From the NCBI GenBank assembly GCA_030599585.1, contig JAUVNS010000004.1, positions 192,001 to 256,000 of the forward strand: a stretch of 64,000 nucleotides of DNA. Direction: 5' to 3'. The notes under the pieces were generated by a model that saw nothing but the letters and a program-made list of their open reading frames with translations, had not been told where the DNA came from and ran no database searches. This DNA comes from Promethearchaeota archaeon (lineage in GTDB: Archaea > Asgardarchaeota > Lokiarchaeia > Sigyniarchaeales > SOKP01). Positions 37,366-47,871 of this stretch are shown in pieces (positions within the stretch are counted from its first letter, which is position 1; each line of letters begins with the position of its first letter). The position numbers and the translations under genes are program-made.

Positions 37366-37950
37366 ATGAAGCAAGTTAAAGGAACACAGTTCGAAACTGG
37401 TGTAATTCACGGAAGATTTCAAATACTTCACAACGATCATGTGAAATTTCTCCTAGCAGGAAAAAAACTATGTGATCATTTAATTGTGGGAATTACCAAT
37501 CCTGATCCTAGCCTCACTAAAGCTCACGATTCAAATCCTCATCGCAGTACGCTTATCGCTAACCCTATGACATATTATGAACGATATGTAATGGTAAGAG
37601 AAACTTTATTAGAAAGTGGTTTAGAATTATCAGATTTCTCTATTGTGCCGTTTCCTATTAACGTTCCTGAGTTAATAAAATATTACGTCCCCATGGATGC
37701 GGTGTTCTTCCTCTCGATTTACGATGGTTGGGGTAGACAAAAAAAAGAGTATTTAGAGACGTTAGGGTTGAAAGTTCATGTTCTATGGGAAGTATCGTTG
37801 GAAGAAAAGGGATTGAGTGGAAGCGATATTCGCAATTCAATACTAAAAGGAGAACCTTGGGAACATTTCTTACCTGCTGCGGTAGTAAAACTCGTAAAAA
37901 AGTGGGACATCATTACTCGAATGAGTAAATCAAGCAAACAAGAATTTTAA
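37366..37950 (+). CDS. nadM: Nicotinamide/nicotinate-nucleotide adenylyltransferase (archaeal NadM-like)
   Basis: HGRFQILHNDH, NPMTYYER, SGSDIR. Confidence 0.8.
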   Translation: MKQVKGTQFETGVIHGRFQILHNDHVKFLLAGKKLCDHLIVGITNPDPSLTKAHDSNPHRSTLIANPMTYYERYVMVRETLLESGLELSDFSIVPFPINVPELIKYYVPMDAVFFLSIYDGWGRQKKEYLETLGLKVHVLWEVSLEEKGLSGSDIRNSILKGEPWEHFLPAAVVKLVKKWDIITRMSKSSKQEF

Positions 37951-37995
37951 TCGATCAAGATATTTATTTTTAATTAAACATTGAAAGAAAAAATC

Positions 37996-38391
37996 ATGAA
38001 TGATACTGAAACAATTAAAGCTCTAACCCAACTAAAAGATGGTAAAAATATTAACATAAAGACCTTCCGTAAGAATGGGGAAGGTGCAGCTACCCCCGTC
38101 TGGTTTGTGGAAGATAAAGATTTTTTTTATATTTGTACGGGAGGGGCAACTTACAAAGTTAAACGAATTCGCAATAATCCTGAGGTTCAAATTGCTGCAT
38201 CTGATGCGAGTGGAAACCCCAAAGGTAAGTATTTTGAGGGAAAAGCTAGAATTCTGGAAAAAGACGAGGTAGATCCCTTTTATTCATTATTTCGGAAGAA
38301 GTACAGTGGATTTAGAATGTGGAATTTCTTTGCAAATTTAGGAAAAAAGGAAGAAAAGAAGCAAGTTTATCTAGAAGTCACATTAAAGTAA
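37996..38391 (+). CDS. PPOX-class F420-dependent oxidoreductase
   Basis: TFRKNG..TPVWF, KVKRIRNNPEV, KKY. Confidence 0.88.
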   Translation: MNDTETIKALTQLKDGKNINIKTFRKNGEGAATPVWFVEDKDFFYICTGGATYKVKRIRNNPEVQIAASDASGNPKGKYFEGKARILEKDEVDPFYSLFRKKYSGFRMWNFFANLGKKEEKKQVYLEVTLK

Positions 38392-38655
38392 ACTAAGGAG
38401 AATGTAATAACAAAAAATGTGTTTTTCAAAACCAAGTAATATTAAGCAAATAGCAGATCAAAATGTGGAGAGCCTGCTCTTAGTCATTAAAAAGATTAAG
38501 TATTTGTGAAATAGAAATGATTAAGACGACTTGATTATTTTTATTAAAACTCTTTAAGTAAGGCATTTTCAGCATAATTTCAACTGGTACTTAAAGAAAA
38601 TATGTAAGTCCTTTAGGCTAAATAAATAAATATTTAGTCTATTTCTTAATATCAA

Positions 38656-39120
38656 ATGAAATTAATACAAAAAATAATACAAAAAAAGGAAACTATCAAG
38701 GAAAGTTTCTTTAAAAGCGTAATATACAGGATTATAACAATATTTCTTGGGATGCTCGTTATATTTATAGTTACTGGGAATGTACTTGCTGCTTTTTCTA
38801 TTGGATTTGCCACAGAAACAGTTCAATTTGTTTATTATTTTTTCTACGAAGCTGTATGGACTCATTATCACGACAAACGATTAAGAATCAAAATTGAAAG
38901 AACGAGGAAAGTCGATATTAAATTAGATTTTGACCTTTTAAAAGAAATTTCTTTCGAATTCTCTCAAACAGATACTTATGTCAAAGAACCATATGAGTCT
39001 ATAATGTCTTTTTTTGAAAATTTATTACAAAACGAGAATTTAGCAGAAATACACGAGGAAATTCAAAGAGACAGGATATATTTTGAATTGAAACATAAAA
39101 ATCGGGAATTTATGAAATAA
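38656..39120 (+). CDS. DUF2061-domain membrane protein with soluble C-terminal extension
   Basis: ESFFKSVIYRII...YYFFYEAVW. Confidence 0.8.
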   Translation: MKLIQKIIQKKETIKESFFKSVIYRIITIFLGMLVIFIVTGNVLAAFSIGFATETVQFVYYFFYEAVWTHYHDKRLRIKIERTRKVDIKLDFDLLKEISFEFSQTDTYVKEPYESIMSFFENLLQNENLAEIHEEIQRDRIYFELKHKNREFMK

Positions 39121-39135
39121 TTTTAAAATTTAAGC

Positions 39136-41289
39136 TTAATAAGCTAAATCTACCTTTTTGTTTCTCCTCAAACTTCTAAAAACAACTACGCATGAAATAC
39201 CGAAAAGAAAAACTAGAAGCGTTGATAATACGACTATAGGAATAAAACTCAAAGGGGTTTCTATCTTGAAACTAATTATTTGATTGCCAATTACCGTATT
39301 ATTACAATAATCACGAGCTACAAACATCATGATATAATCGCCAGGTTGTAACTTATTTAATGTAAAACTAAATCTATTTCGATTCTGATCCCATGAATTG
39401 AGATATTGGTAGAATTCGTACGTCGCCATATTGTTTGTAGAAATTAAGAGAAATAAACTTTCTATTCCCGATTCATTATCGTTCAATCTTATGTCGAATT
39501 GCATGTTGTCCGAAACAGTTGGTTCAAGGGGAAAACTATACACATTCGCAATTTCTGGCTGAATCATGTCGGGAATCGTACTAAAACTAAAGTTAGAGGG
39601 GATTAAATTGTGTCCGGTGATAACAACGCTATAATTTTCGTACGGTCGATCAGGCAACCTAATGATAACATCACCATTCTTGTCGGCATATTCCGTGTGA
39701 TAACTACCATTAAAAGACTTAAAATGGACTCGTGCGTAAGGTACAGGTTTAGAATTAATGTTTTTTATTGACGTGTTTATCATCTGTCCTGAGAAATAAT
39801 AATCTGTAAAAGGATTTTGGGCATTTGTGGGCTCCTTGGTATAAATATCGACTATCGGATCTCCAAGCAAGTTATAAGAAAGAAGATTTTTTCTCTCATA
39901 TTCGTATCGAATTGAACTTCTATAGGCTCTGTCTCCAGTAAAATAATCGCTCTCTAAATACGCTACTTTAGAATCGAATAAAGCTTGACCTTGACGAAAC
40001 TTTTTCTCCTCAAAGAACTGCTGCCAAAATAGCTTAGCGTTACCCCTGTTGAGTTTTTCTAAAGGATAATCCTTTTCTAAATACCATGTTACGCGAAGCC
40101 CGCCAATAAATCCAATAGCACCAGAGTTCATTTGTTTAATAAGAATTTCTCCTATGCTACCATCTCCTACGTCGTACGAGGATGTTGTACACGCGTCGGC
40201 GTAAAACAAAGAGGACATATTTAAATTACCACTCGATGAAGCGTCAGCGGTATTGTAGTAGTTGCCAGGGAAGGGCAAGGAGCTTGCATCTTTAATCTGA
40301 GATGGATCTGCATGTCCAGCAATAATCACTGTAGAATAACCAGAATTAAATTCATCACGAAAACTTGTTATAGTAAGATCGCCAAGGGAATTTGGCGCAG
40401 GTGGAACGCTTGGCGTAAAATTAGACGTTGTTTTTGCTAAATGAGTAAAATTCATTTCTGAGATTGTGTAATTTTGCCAAATTTTTTCCATCAAACGAGC
40501 TTCGTCTTCAGGTGGAGAATACGAAGAGATACCACCTGCTAGTAACATTCGATTCATCCAATCACCCAAATATGGGTCGCTTTCGTATTTAAGAGTTTTA
40601 TTAATCATATGAGCTAATTCGGTCGGACTACTCGCAGGGAATCTGCCAACGTACACGTCTGGAACCCAGGTTATCTCGTCAATTCCGTTATCGTTATAAT
40701 CTTCCGATTCTCCGTAGTCTCCATCTCCATCTTGGTCCCAAGTGCCAACAAGCGCTGAATAATAGAAATCCGTTGGCTTGTAATACTCGTTCCAGGAGGC
40801 GTGCTCTGTTCCCTCATATTCAACCGTATCAGGATTATACACGTATCTTATAGGGATTAAACTCTCTTCAGCGTCGCCGGCTAAAAGAACCCATTGGATA
40901 TTTTCTTTGTCGTAGAACTCTTTTATCATGTTCCGTATCTTCTCAGCGGTGTCAACGCCATCGTACTCCGAAAAATTCGAAAGAATTTGAGTTTTTACCC
41001 CAATACTATCTCTCCATTCTTTTAAAGGTCTGACCGCGTCAATATATTGACTGTCATTCGGAGTAATTATTAGCATTTCCGTTTTAGGATCGCTCCAAGA
41101 AATTTGATTAATATCAGGAAGATGTGTGAGATCGAGCGTAGAGTTATTACTGGTGAGAGGAATTATACTTGCAACAACTGGTTTATCATTTTTAATAAAC
41201 GTTTGAGAAATTGTTAGCATCGAGGGAAAAAACAGCATCAATAACAAGATGATGGAACTTCTTCTCCTCAAGGAATTAGGCTTTTTCAT
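39136..41289 (-). CDS. C25 family (gingipain-like) cysteine peptidase, secreted and C-terminally anchored
   Basis: Signal peptide; VLLAGD, TDFYY, DVYVGRFP, AGHA (His), DACTT (Cys), YNLLGDP; C-terminal TM + basic tail. Confidence 0.9.
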   Translation of the reverse strand: MKKPNSLRRRSSIILLLMLFFPSMLTISQTFIKNDKPVVASIIPLTSNNSTLDLTHLPDINQISWSDPKTEMLIITPNDSQYIDAVRPLKEWRDSIGVKTQILSNFSEYDGVDTAEKIRNMIKEFYDKENIQWVLLAGDAEESLIPIRYVYNPDTVEYEGTEHASWNEYYKPTDFYYSALVGTWDQDGDGDYGESEDYNDNGIDEITWVPDVYVGRFPASSPTELAHMINKTLKYESDPYLGDWMNRMLLAGGISSYSPPEDEARLMEKIWQNYTISEMNFTHLAKTTSNFTPSVPPAPNSLGDLTITSFRDEFNSGYSTVIIAGHADPSQIKDASSLPFPGNYYNTADASSSGNLNMSSLFYADACTTSSYDVGDGSIGEILIKQMNSGAIGFIGGLRVTWYLEKDYPLEKLNRGNAKLFWQQFFEEKKFRQGQALFDSKVAYLESDYFTGDRAYRSSIRYEYERKNLLSYNLLGDPIVDIYTKEPTNAQNPFTDYYFSGQMINTSIKNINSKPVPYARVHFKSFNGSYHTEYADKNGDVIIRLPDRPYENYSVVITGHNLIPSNFSFSTIPDMIQPEIANVYSFPLEPTVSDNMQFDIRLNDNESGIESLFLLISTNNMATYEFYQYLNSWDQNRNRFSFTLNKLQPGDYIMMFVARDYCNNTVIGNQIISFKIETPLSFIPIVVLSTLLVFLFGISCVVVFRSLRRNKKVDLAY

Positions 41290-41544
41290 TTTCGAATCCT
41301 AAGAGTCAGTATCTTAATTTAATATTGTAATAATATAATAGAGCTATTTAATTATAACTTCTTTAATTATATTTGAAAGCTCTATTGTTTAAAAATAACC
41401 AATACTCGCAGATTGAATGTTTCAAGATATCGACATAAGTTTTAAAAAAAAGTTTAGTCTGACTCAGAGTTATGTGATTGATTTATCATCAAAAATTTAA
41501 TCAAATTGACAAAAAATAGTAAAAATAAAATAATAAAAGATTAG

Positions 41545-42975
41545 TTATTTCTTCCGTTTTGGTTTTGAGTCAATCTTCTTGATTATGATTGTCTCTGCGT
41601 GAATCTTACAATTCTTTAGAATGATTTTAAATCCGCCCGCGCCACCTACTCCCGGAATTGTAAATGCCTGCGTACCCATTGGAACCATTGCGCCTTCAGC
41701 TTCCCATTCGCCTTCTTCTTCTTCTTCACCTAAGGCTTCTGCCCATGTCTTCACTATAGGATGATCCACTTCCTCTAACCACTTCTTTAAGTTGTTAATG
41801 TCGGGAACATCTTCTTCAGTTGCGATTTTGGGTAAAAGGTCTTTCGGAAGGAATTCTCCGACTCTATCCTTTACTCCCTTGTTCATCCACACGACAGTTT
41901 CAATTCCTTTGCTCAATCCTTGGGTAATTCCATCATATTGCTGATATTTCGGGGATACGATGTATTGTATGCTGATTCCATTGAAACCGGGCATCTGTTT
42001 ACCGCCTCCGGTCTGATTGGCCATTGCACTGAACGGTAACCCGTTAATTGCTACATCGCTATAGTTTCGATCAACAATTCCGTGTCCATTTACTTCAGGA
42101 ATATAAAAGTCAATAGCTTCGAAACAACCGCACGATGTATGAGGGAATTCCATCCCTGAAAATAGAAAAATTCTATCAATTTCACCTAACGAGCGCTTTT
42201 TTATCATTTCGTTTATTCCTTGGTATTCTCCTGCATCCTTGTTATAACATTCTCCAGGTGGAATTTCGAATAGTGGTCCTTTAGGATCAACTTTTGCCGC
42301 TGCTCTGGCGTCAAACCAATTAATTGAGCCACATAAACTTGTTCGGTCAGGAGTGATACAACACGCGTGAGTGGGAGCGAATGATTGGCACAAAACGCAT
42401 CCATAAAACATGTCTACGTCGTCATCGTGAATTGTTCGAGCTCTTTCGTCTCTTTTGTCGTAAATGCCCATCGCAAATTCGTATGGTTTCAAAATTTCTT
42501 TCGCTTCAGTATAAAAAGTTATTTGTGCTTTCTCGATTATAGGGAGTTCTGCTTTAAAGAGTCTAATCATAATTGTACCTAACATTTGGAAAGAATTGAA
42601 GCCTTTTTCGAAAGCTGCAGTAGAAATGCGCATCCAATTTGTATATCTTTGATTTAAATGCATAATCCCATTAACAAAATTGCAAAATTCGTGAACCCGT
42701 CGTTCGAAGACTGCTTCTAAATCTTCTTCGAGCTCTGGCCCGGAAACTTCAACTAAAATTCCGATTGGGTGAGTTGAGCCCTTTTCCATGTCTTTAAGAT
42801 CAAGACCATGTATTATTACCTCACCATCTTTGATTTCCTTAGCAGGTTTTACTCGAACGAGCTCGAAGTGCTTTTCCATCTTGGGACCGCCTAATTCTAC
42901 ATACATTTGCTTAGCCCTGATGCGTTCCCCTTCGTAAACGGGACCAACATCTACAGGCATGTCTGAAAAACTCAT
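41545..42975 (-). CDS. cdhC: CO dehydrogenase/acetyl-CoA synthase beta subunit
   Basis: FERRVH, FYGCVLCQSFAPTH.C..TPDR.SLCG, PHTSCGCFE. Confidence 0.97.
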   Translation of the reverse strand: MSFSDMPVDVGPVYEGERIRAKQMYVELGGPKMEKHFELVRVKPAKEIKDGEVIIHGLDLKDMEKGSTHPIGILVEVSGPELEEDLEAVFERRVHEFCNFVNGIMHLNQRYTNWMRISTAAFEKGFNSFQMLGTIMIRLFKAELPIIEKAQITFYTEAKEILKPYEFAMGIYDKRDERARTIHDDDVDMFYGCVLCQSFAPTHACCITPDRTSLCGSINWFDARAAAKVDPKGPLFEIPPGECYNKDAGEYQGINEMIKKRSLGEIDRIFLFSGMEFPHTSCGCFEAIDFYIPEVNGHGIVDRNYSDVAINGLPFSAMANQTGGGKQMPGFNGISIQYIVSPKYQQYDGITQGLSKGIETVVWMNKGVKDRVGEFLPKDLLPKIATEEDVPDINNLKKWLEEVDHPIVKTWAEALGEEEEEGEWEAEGAMVPMGTQAFTIPGVGGAGGFKIILKNCKIHAETIIIKKIDSKPKRKK

Positions 42976-43014
42976 TTATTTATTCTCCTCTTAGTTCTTA
43001 TTTATAATTTAATT

Positions 43015-43545
43015 TTATAAATTTTCAATTAACTTTTCTAAAAAATCTTTCCAATCGTCGTCACTCAAATTTGGAAGGCTAAATCTGGCATTTGGATGAG
43101 AAAATTTATCCAACTCAACGAGTCGTAAGTGATTTTGAAAGTTCTTTAATCGACTTAAGGTTTGACTCACATAGTATACGAGATGTCCACCAAAAATAGC
43201 CATACGATATTGACCTTCGCCATCAAAACCTTTCCAATCTTTATCAACTAATCTACCGGTTATATTTATAAGCGACATATCCCATAATTTATCGAGAGGG
43301 AGTTTATCTTTAAGATATTTGTAAGTATGACCTGTAGATACGATGTGACAATTTAGTTTCTTAGCAACTTCGATGAAATAGTCGACTACTTTTTTTCCAC
43401 TAAGCTCCCAAGTTAAAGACTCGGAACCTATGACAAAAATCTTCTTTTTATCGTCCTTTAAGAGGTTTGCCATAATCTTAGGATCGTAAACGCTGGTTCC
43501 TTGCTCAGGTCCTGGGATATTTGCTTTTTGATACGGTCTTGCCAT
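43015..43545 (-). CDS. cdhB: CO dehydrogenase/acetyl-CoA synthase epsilon subunit
   Basis: WKGFDGEGQY, YYVSQTLSRLKNF, HPNARFSLPN; directly upstream of cdhC. Confidence 0.93.
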   Translation of the reverse strand: MARPYQKANIPGPEQGTSVYDPKIMANLLKDDKKKIFVIGSESLTWELSGKKVVDYFIEVAKKLNCHIVSTGHTYKYLKDKLPLDKLWDMSLINITGRLVDKDWKGFDGEGQYRMAIFGGHLVYYVSQTLSRLKNFQNHLRLVELDKFSHPNARFSLPNLSDDDWKDFLEKLIENL

Positions 43546-43699
43546 ATTTTCATCAATTTCCTCTGTTAAAGATTTTACATGTAAGTTTTTAAATAATTGC
43601 TTTATTTTATTTTATTAACCGTATTTTAAAAAATTTGGTTTTATTTAATTTAACCAATTTAAATGGTGCTAATATTAAATTTAAGGAGAAATTTCTGGC

Positions 43700-44002
43700 A
43701 TGTGTGAATTTAAGGTAATAAAGAAAAACGATGGCTCACAGATATTAGAGGATATTGTAATTTTATCATATACGGAAGATAATGAATTATTATTCAAAGA
43801 TATCCTTGGCATGGGTGAAATTTTAAAATCCGCCCTTATAGTTGATGTAAATACTTTGAATCAAACTTGCGTTGTTTTGGAGCATCCTCTTATACAAAAT
43901 TTCGTTAGGATGATAGAGAAAATTAATTCTAAAACGATTTCAAGAGAAGATATTGAAAAGTTTGAGAAGCAGCTTACTAGTCTTAAAGAGCGCATTCTCT
44001 AA
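43700..44002 (+). CDS. cooT: CooT-family nickel-binding protein
   Basis: N-terminal MCE, DILG, LEH; divergent from cdhB. Confidence 0.75.
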   Translation: MCEFKVIKKNDGSQILEDIVILSYTEDNELLFKDILGMGEILKSALIVDVNTLNQTCVVLEHPLIQNFVRMIEKINSKTISREDIEKFEKQLTSLKERIL

Positions 44003-44059
44003 GTAGGAAACGAGATCGTTCGTTAATCTTTTTAAATTAGCAAATCTTCTTATAAGAGC

Positions 44060-44926
44060 ATGGATCCAAGATTTTATGAAGATATTACTGAATTTTATAA
44101 AGTAGCATATCCTTTTTTGTTGGAACATGAGGCAGAAAATAATCTCCCGTTAGCTATTCTTATTTCTCTAAAAAAAAACATAGAAGTATATGGAGAAGAG
44201 AAGCCTCTTTTATTTTCGCTAACTGACGCTGAAATTGTGAAGTTAATCGCTATAAGAACGCCACCACACGATCTAATAATATCCTACACTGATGATTTAA
44301 GCACAATTGAAGTGCTTACTGAAGAGCTTACAAAGCGAAGTGAAGAATTGCCAGGTGTGTTAAGTTTTAAAGATGCCGCAGATAAATTTGCCGAGCGATG
44401 GTGTGAAAAAAATTCGTTAAAATATAATCTTCTTAGGAAAGAGAGGATATATAAATTGGTAAAAGTTTCAGAAGAAACCCTTGGACACAGAAAGTTCTCA
44501 GTTGCTCTAAAAGTTCATCAAAAATTAGTGTTCCAATGGGCACGTGAAATGATGAAGGAGGCATTAATAGATACAACTGAAGACAATATTCAAAGAATGA
44601 TTGAAATTTTAAGAGAAGAATTTGAGCTGGATAAAAGTCGTATGTTTTTACTATTTGAAAATAATGAACCCATTTCAATGGCGAGGAAAGCAGGTAAAAC
44701 ACCAAACGGTGTTTTTGTGAACTTCGTTTATACTCCAATTCCCTTGAGAAGGAAGGGGTATGCGACTGAATGCGTGGCAAAACTAAGTAACCACCTTTTA
44801 AAAGCAGGGAATAAGTATTGCTTTCTTTTTACAGATTTGAGTAATCCAACCTCAAATAGCATATATCAAAAGATAGGATACAAGCCAGTAATTGATGCAA
44901 ACCACTATAAATTCTTGGAAAAATAA
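44060..44926 (+). CDS. GNAT family N-acetyltransferase
   Basis: VYTPIPLRRKGYA, LFTDLSNPTSNSIYQKIGY. Confidence 0.92.
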   Translation: MDPRFYEDITEFYKVAYPFLLEHEAENNLPLAILISLKKNIEVYGEEKPLLFSLTDAEIVKLIAIRTPPHDLIISYTDDLSTIEVLTEELTKRSEELPGVLSFKDAADKFAERWCEKNSLKYNLLRKERIYKLVKVSEETLGHRKFSVALKVHQKLVFQWAREMMKEALIDTTEDNIQRMIEILREEFELDKSRMFLLFENNEPISMARKAGKTPNGVFVNFVYTPIPLRRKGYATECVAKLSNHLLKAGNKYCFLFTDLSNPTSNSIYQKIGYKPVIDANHYKFLEK

Positions 44927-45033
44927 TTAAAGATATTGTTTGAGGAATATCATGTGATTTGATAGAAGTATTAAATCTCATATCTCCTTTTAATAAAAAA
45001 TTATAATAATCCAAGAATTCATAGAGAATAATA

Positions 45034-47082
45034 GTGAATTCGTTGAAAAAGAAGGACTTAAAGAAATCGCTGAATCTTAAGAAAACTTTTGTTTCTATTA
45101 ATAATCATTTATATGGGAAATTAAAATATGCTGATACAGACACTCGAGCACGTTCAAAAGAAATAATTAATCTTTTATTGTGTAAATTAGTTGATGAAAT
45201 AAATAAGTCCCCAGAAGATGAAATGGAGATTTATGTAAGAGAAGGAGAGACAGAAAAAGAGCTACTTGAGCGGATTCAAACCTTTTTTCAACTGAATGTT
45301 AAGAAGAAATATCCTAATATAATGGGGGAAAACGAGCAAATAACTTTGAATAAGGATTTGCTATTCATTATTATTAAAGAACTGGGAAAAATTTCACTTC
45401 TTGAATCATCTAAAGATATTTTAAGCGATGCCTTTGAAATTTTTGTAAGTAAAATGTTAAAAGATGAGGGTGGGCAATTCTTTACCCCTCCAAATATCGT
45501 AAAATTTATGGTAAATTATTTAGATCCCGAAGAAGATTCAAAAGTATTAGATCCTGCATGTGGACATGGTGGATTTCTTCTTGAAACAAAGGAGTTGCTA
45601 TGGTCCAAGATAGATAATGAGCAGAAAAAAATAAGCGCAATTTCTAACTTACACGGTATAGATAAAGACTTATTCTTAGCAAGAATTTGTAAATTATACT
45701 TAGAAATCTTAAGCAGTGGCAAATCTAATGTATTCTGTGAAGATTCGCTAGACCCCTTTAGTTATAGGGAACAGGCAAAGAAAACAATAAAAAATAATTA
45801 TTTTGATTCTATACTAACTAATCCCCCATTTGGGGCAAAAATTCCAATAAATAATAAAGAAATATTAAATGAATACGAATTCGGGCATATCTGGAAGAAT
45901 ATTGATGGAAATTGGCAAAAACAAGAGAAGCTTGTTAAACAACAACCCCCACAGATATTATTTATTGAAAGATGTGTTCAACTCCTTAAGGATGGTGGAA
46001 AATTAGGAATTGTTTTGCCAGAAGGTATTTTTGGAAACCCCTCAGATAGATATATATGGGATTTTCTTAAATCAAATGGTAAAATTTTAGGAATTGTATC
46101 CTTAGATCAAAATACATTTCAACCCTATACTTGTAATAAAACTTCAATACTGTTCTTTCAAAAGTTAAAGGATATTCCAGATGATTATAAGATTGATTTT
46201 ACTATAGTTAATAATGTGGGGCACAATAAGGACGGTAAAACTCAATATATTTTGAATAAAGATGGAACTAAGAAATTAGATAAGGATAAAAATCCCATAA
46301 TAAATGATGATTTAATCAATCTCCATATAAAATTAAAGAATGCTGAAGATTTTAACTACCAAAAAGAGCAAAAACTCTTTAAAATTAATTTTAGTCAGAT
46401 TAAAAATAGTATTTTTATCCCCTCTTATTATATTGGCGTCGAAAAACCATTAAAGGCTCTAGAAAATAACGGTGATTTTCAGTTAATTTCTATAGGCGAT
46501 CTAATTAATAAAAAAATAATATACACAAAAAATAGAGATTTTCTTCCTAGAGGTGTCGAAATTGGTTCTAGCGTGTATGGGTTAGGCTCTATTCCTTTCA
46601 TACGGACCAGTGATATAAACAATTGGGAAATTAACTTAGATTCCCATAAGAAAACCTCTGAAGAAGTTTATAGTCAGTTTAAAACCAAGCAGAATATAGA
46701 AGTTGGGGATATCCTCTTGGTTAAAGATGGGGGACCAAACCTTATTGGGAAAAATGCGTATATCACCAAATTAGACACTAGAATCATTATTCAGAGTCAC
46801 ATTTTCCAAATTAAAATCATTAAAAACAGTGAAAACATCGATGCATATCTTATTTTGCACCTTTTAAACTTAGATATCGTTCAAAAACAGATTAGAGCAA
46901 TAACATTTGTGCAAGGAACTATTTCTACTATCGGTAATAGAATTTTAGATGTTAAATTGCCACTACCGACTGATCTAAGTAAGAGAATAAAAATTTCAAA
47001 CTATATTAAAGATATTATTAAAGATAAAACTGAGGCAAGAAAGAAAATATATAATCTCTCTCTAAATTCTTTCGACGATTAA
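45034..47082 (+). CDS. N-6 DNA methyltransferase (HsdM-like) fused to a target-recognition domain
   Basis: GQFFTP, VLDPACGHGGFL, NPPFG, GIVLPEG; C-terminal HsdS-type TRD (IPFIRTSDI, GDILLVKDG). Confidence 0.9.
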   Translation: MNSLKKKDLKKSLNLKKTFVSINNHLYGKLKYADTDTRARSKEIINLLLCKLVDEINKSPEDEMEIYVREGETEKELLERIQTFFQLNVKKKYPNIMGENEQITLNKDLLFIIIKELGKISLLESSKDILSDAFEIFVSKMLKDEGGQFFTPPNIVKFMVNYLDPEEDSKVLDPACGHGGFLLETKELLWSKIDNEQKKISAISNLHGIDKDLFLARICKLYLEILSSGKSNVFCEDSLDPFSYREQAKKTIKNNYFDSILTNPPFGAKIPINNKEILNEYEFGHIWKNIDGNWQKQEKLVKQQPPQILFIERCVQLLKDGGKLGIVLPEGIFGNPSDRYIWDFLKSNGKILGIVSLDQNTFQPYTCNKTSILFFQKLKDIPDDYKIDFTIVNNVGHNKDGKTQYILNKDGTKKLDKDKNPIINDDLINLHIKLKNAEDFNYQKEQKLFKINFSQIKNSIFIPSYYIGVEKPLKALENNGDFQLISIGDLINKKIIYTKNRDFLPRGVEIGSSVYGLGSIPFIRTSDINNWEINLDSHKKTSEEVYSQFKTKQNIEVGDILLVKDGGPNLIGKNAYITKLDTRIIIQSHIFQIKIIKNSENIDAYLILHLLNLDIVQKQIRAITFVQGTISTIGNRILDVKLPLPTDLSKRIKISNYIKDIIKDKTEARKKIYNLSLNSFDD

Positions 47083-47083
47083 T

Positions 47084-47521
47084 ATGAAGATAGAAAAGTT
47101 TAAGATTGAATATTACGACGATGTTTTGAAACTCTGGAGAAAAGCAGGAATTGAAGTAGTGTCTTCAGACACGATTGATGAGGTAACAAGAGTTCTTAAC
47201 AGAAATCCCGATCTCTTTTTGATAGGGAAGATAAAAGAAAGAGTAATGGCCATTGCGATGGGTGCGTTTGATGGAAGGAGGGGTTATGTTCATCACCTTG
47301 CAGTAGACCCAGATTACCAGAAGAGAGGTTTTGGTAAAACTATTATGGATGCGTTAATCGAACAATTTCGAAAAATGAATATCCACAAGGTTCACTTATT
47401 CATCGAAAAATCAAATAGAAACGTTGTAGAATTCTATAACAATTTAGGTTGGGATGTGAGGGAAGATCTTATCATGATGAGCTATGTACCGGATAAAAAG
47501 TTATATAAAAGGCACATGTAA
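47084..47521 (+). CDS. GNAT acetyltransferase (YpeA-like)
   Basis: FDGRRGYVHHLAVDPDYQKRGFG, FYNNLG. Confidence 0.92.
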   Translation: MKIEKFKIEYYDDVLKLWRKAGIEVVSSDTIDEVTRVLNRNPDLFLIGKIKERVMAIAMGAFDGRRGYVHHLAVDPDYQKRGFGKTIMDALIEQFRKMNIHKVHLFIEKSNRNVVEFYNNLGWDVREDLIMMSYVPDKKLYKRHM

Positions 47522-47551
47522 TGTTTAAAACTTGTAGTGTGAATTAAAAAA

Positions 47552-47803
47552 TTATTTTTTAAGACTGATTAATTTTATTGCGTTATTTGGACACCTGTGA
47601 TAACACACAGAGCACCCCCCACAAATATAATCAGAAGTAATTGTGATAGCTTTTCCTTGGTCATTCAATTTTCTGATGTTTAATGGACAAAACTTTATAC
47701 AAGTACCGCACGATTTACAGTTCGGTAGTATTGTTATGGCTTTATATGTTAATTTAGATAATTCCTTGATTTTTTTTTGTAACCTAGACGAGGTTGATTT
47801 CAT
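47552..47803 (-). CDS. 2x[4Fe-4S] ferredoxin
   Basis: CKSCGTCIKFCP and CGGCSVCYHRCP. Confidence 0.9.
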   Translation of the reverse strand: MKSTSSRLQKKIKELSKLTYKAITILPNCKSCGTCIKFCPLNIRKLNDQGKAITITSDYICGGCSVCYHRCPNNAIKLISLKK

Positions 47804-47840
47804 TAACTAAAAAAAAGAATTATTGTTCATAAAAAGTTTG

Positions 47841-47869
47841 AAAAAAAAAATTAGGTTTGTTGCCTAATC
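47841..47869 (-). terminator. Hairpin plus U-run after the FabK/NMO gene
   Basis: minus strand ATTAGG-CAACAAA-CCTAAT running into a T10 tract. Confidence 0.65.
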
Positions 47870-47871
47870 TT

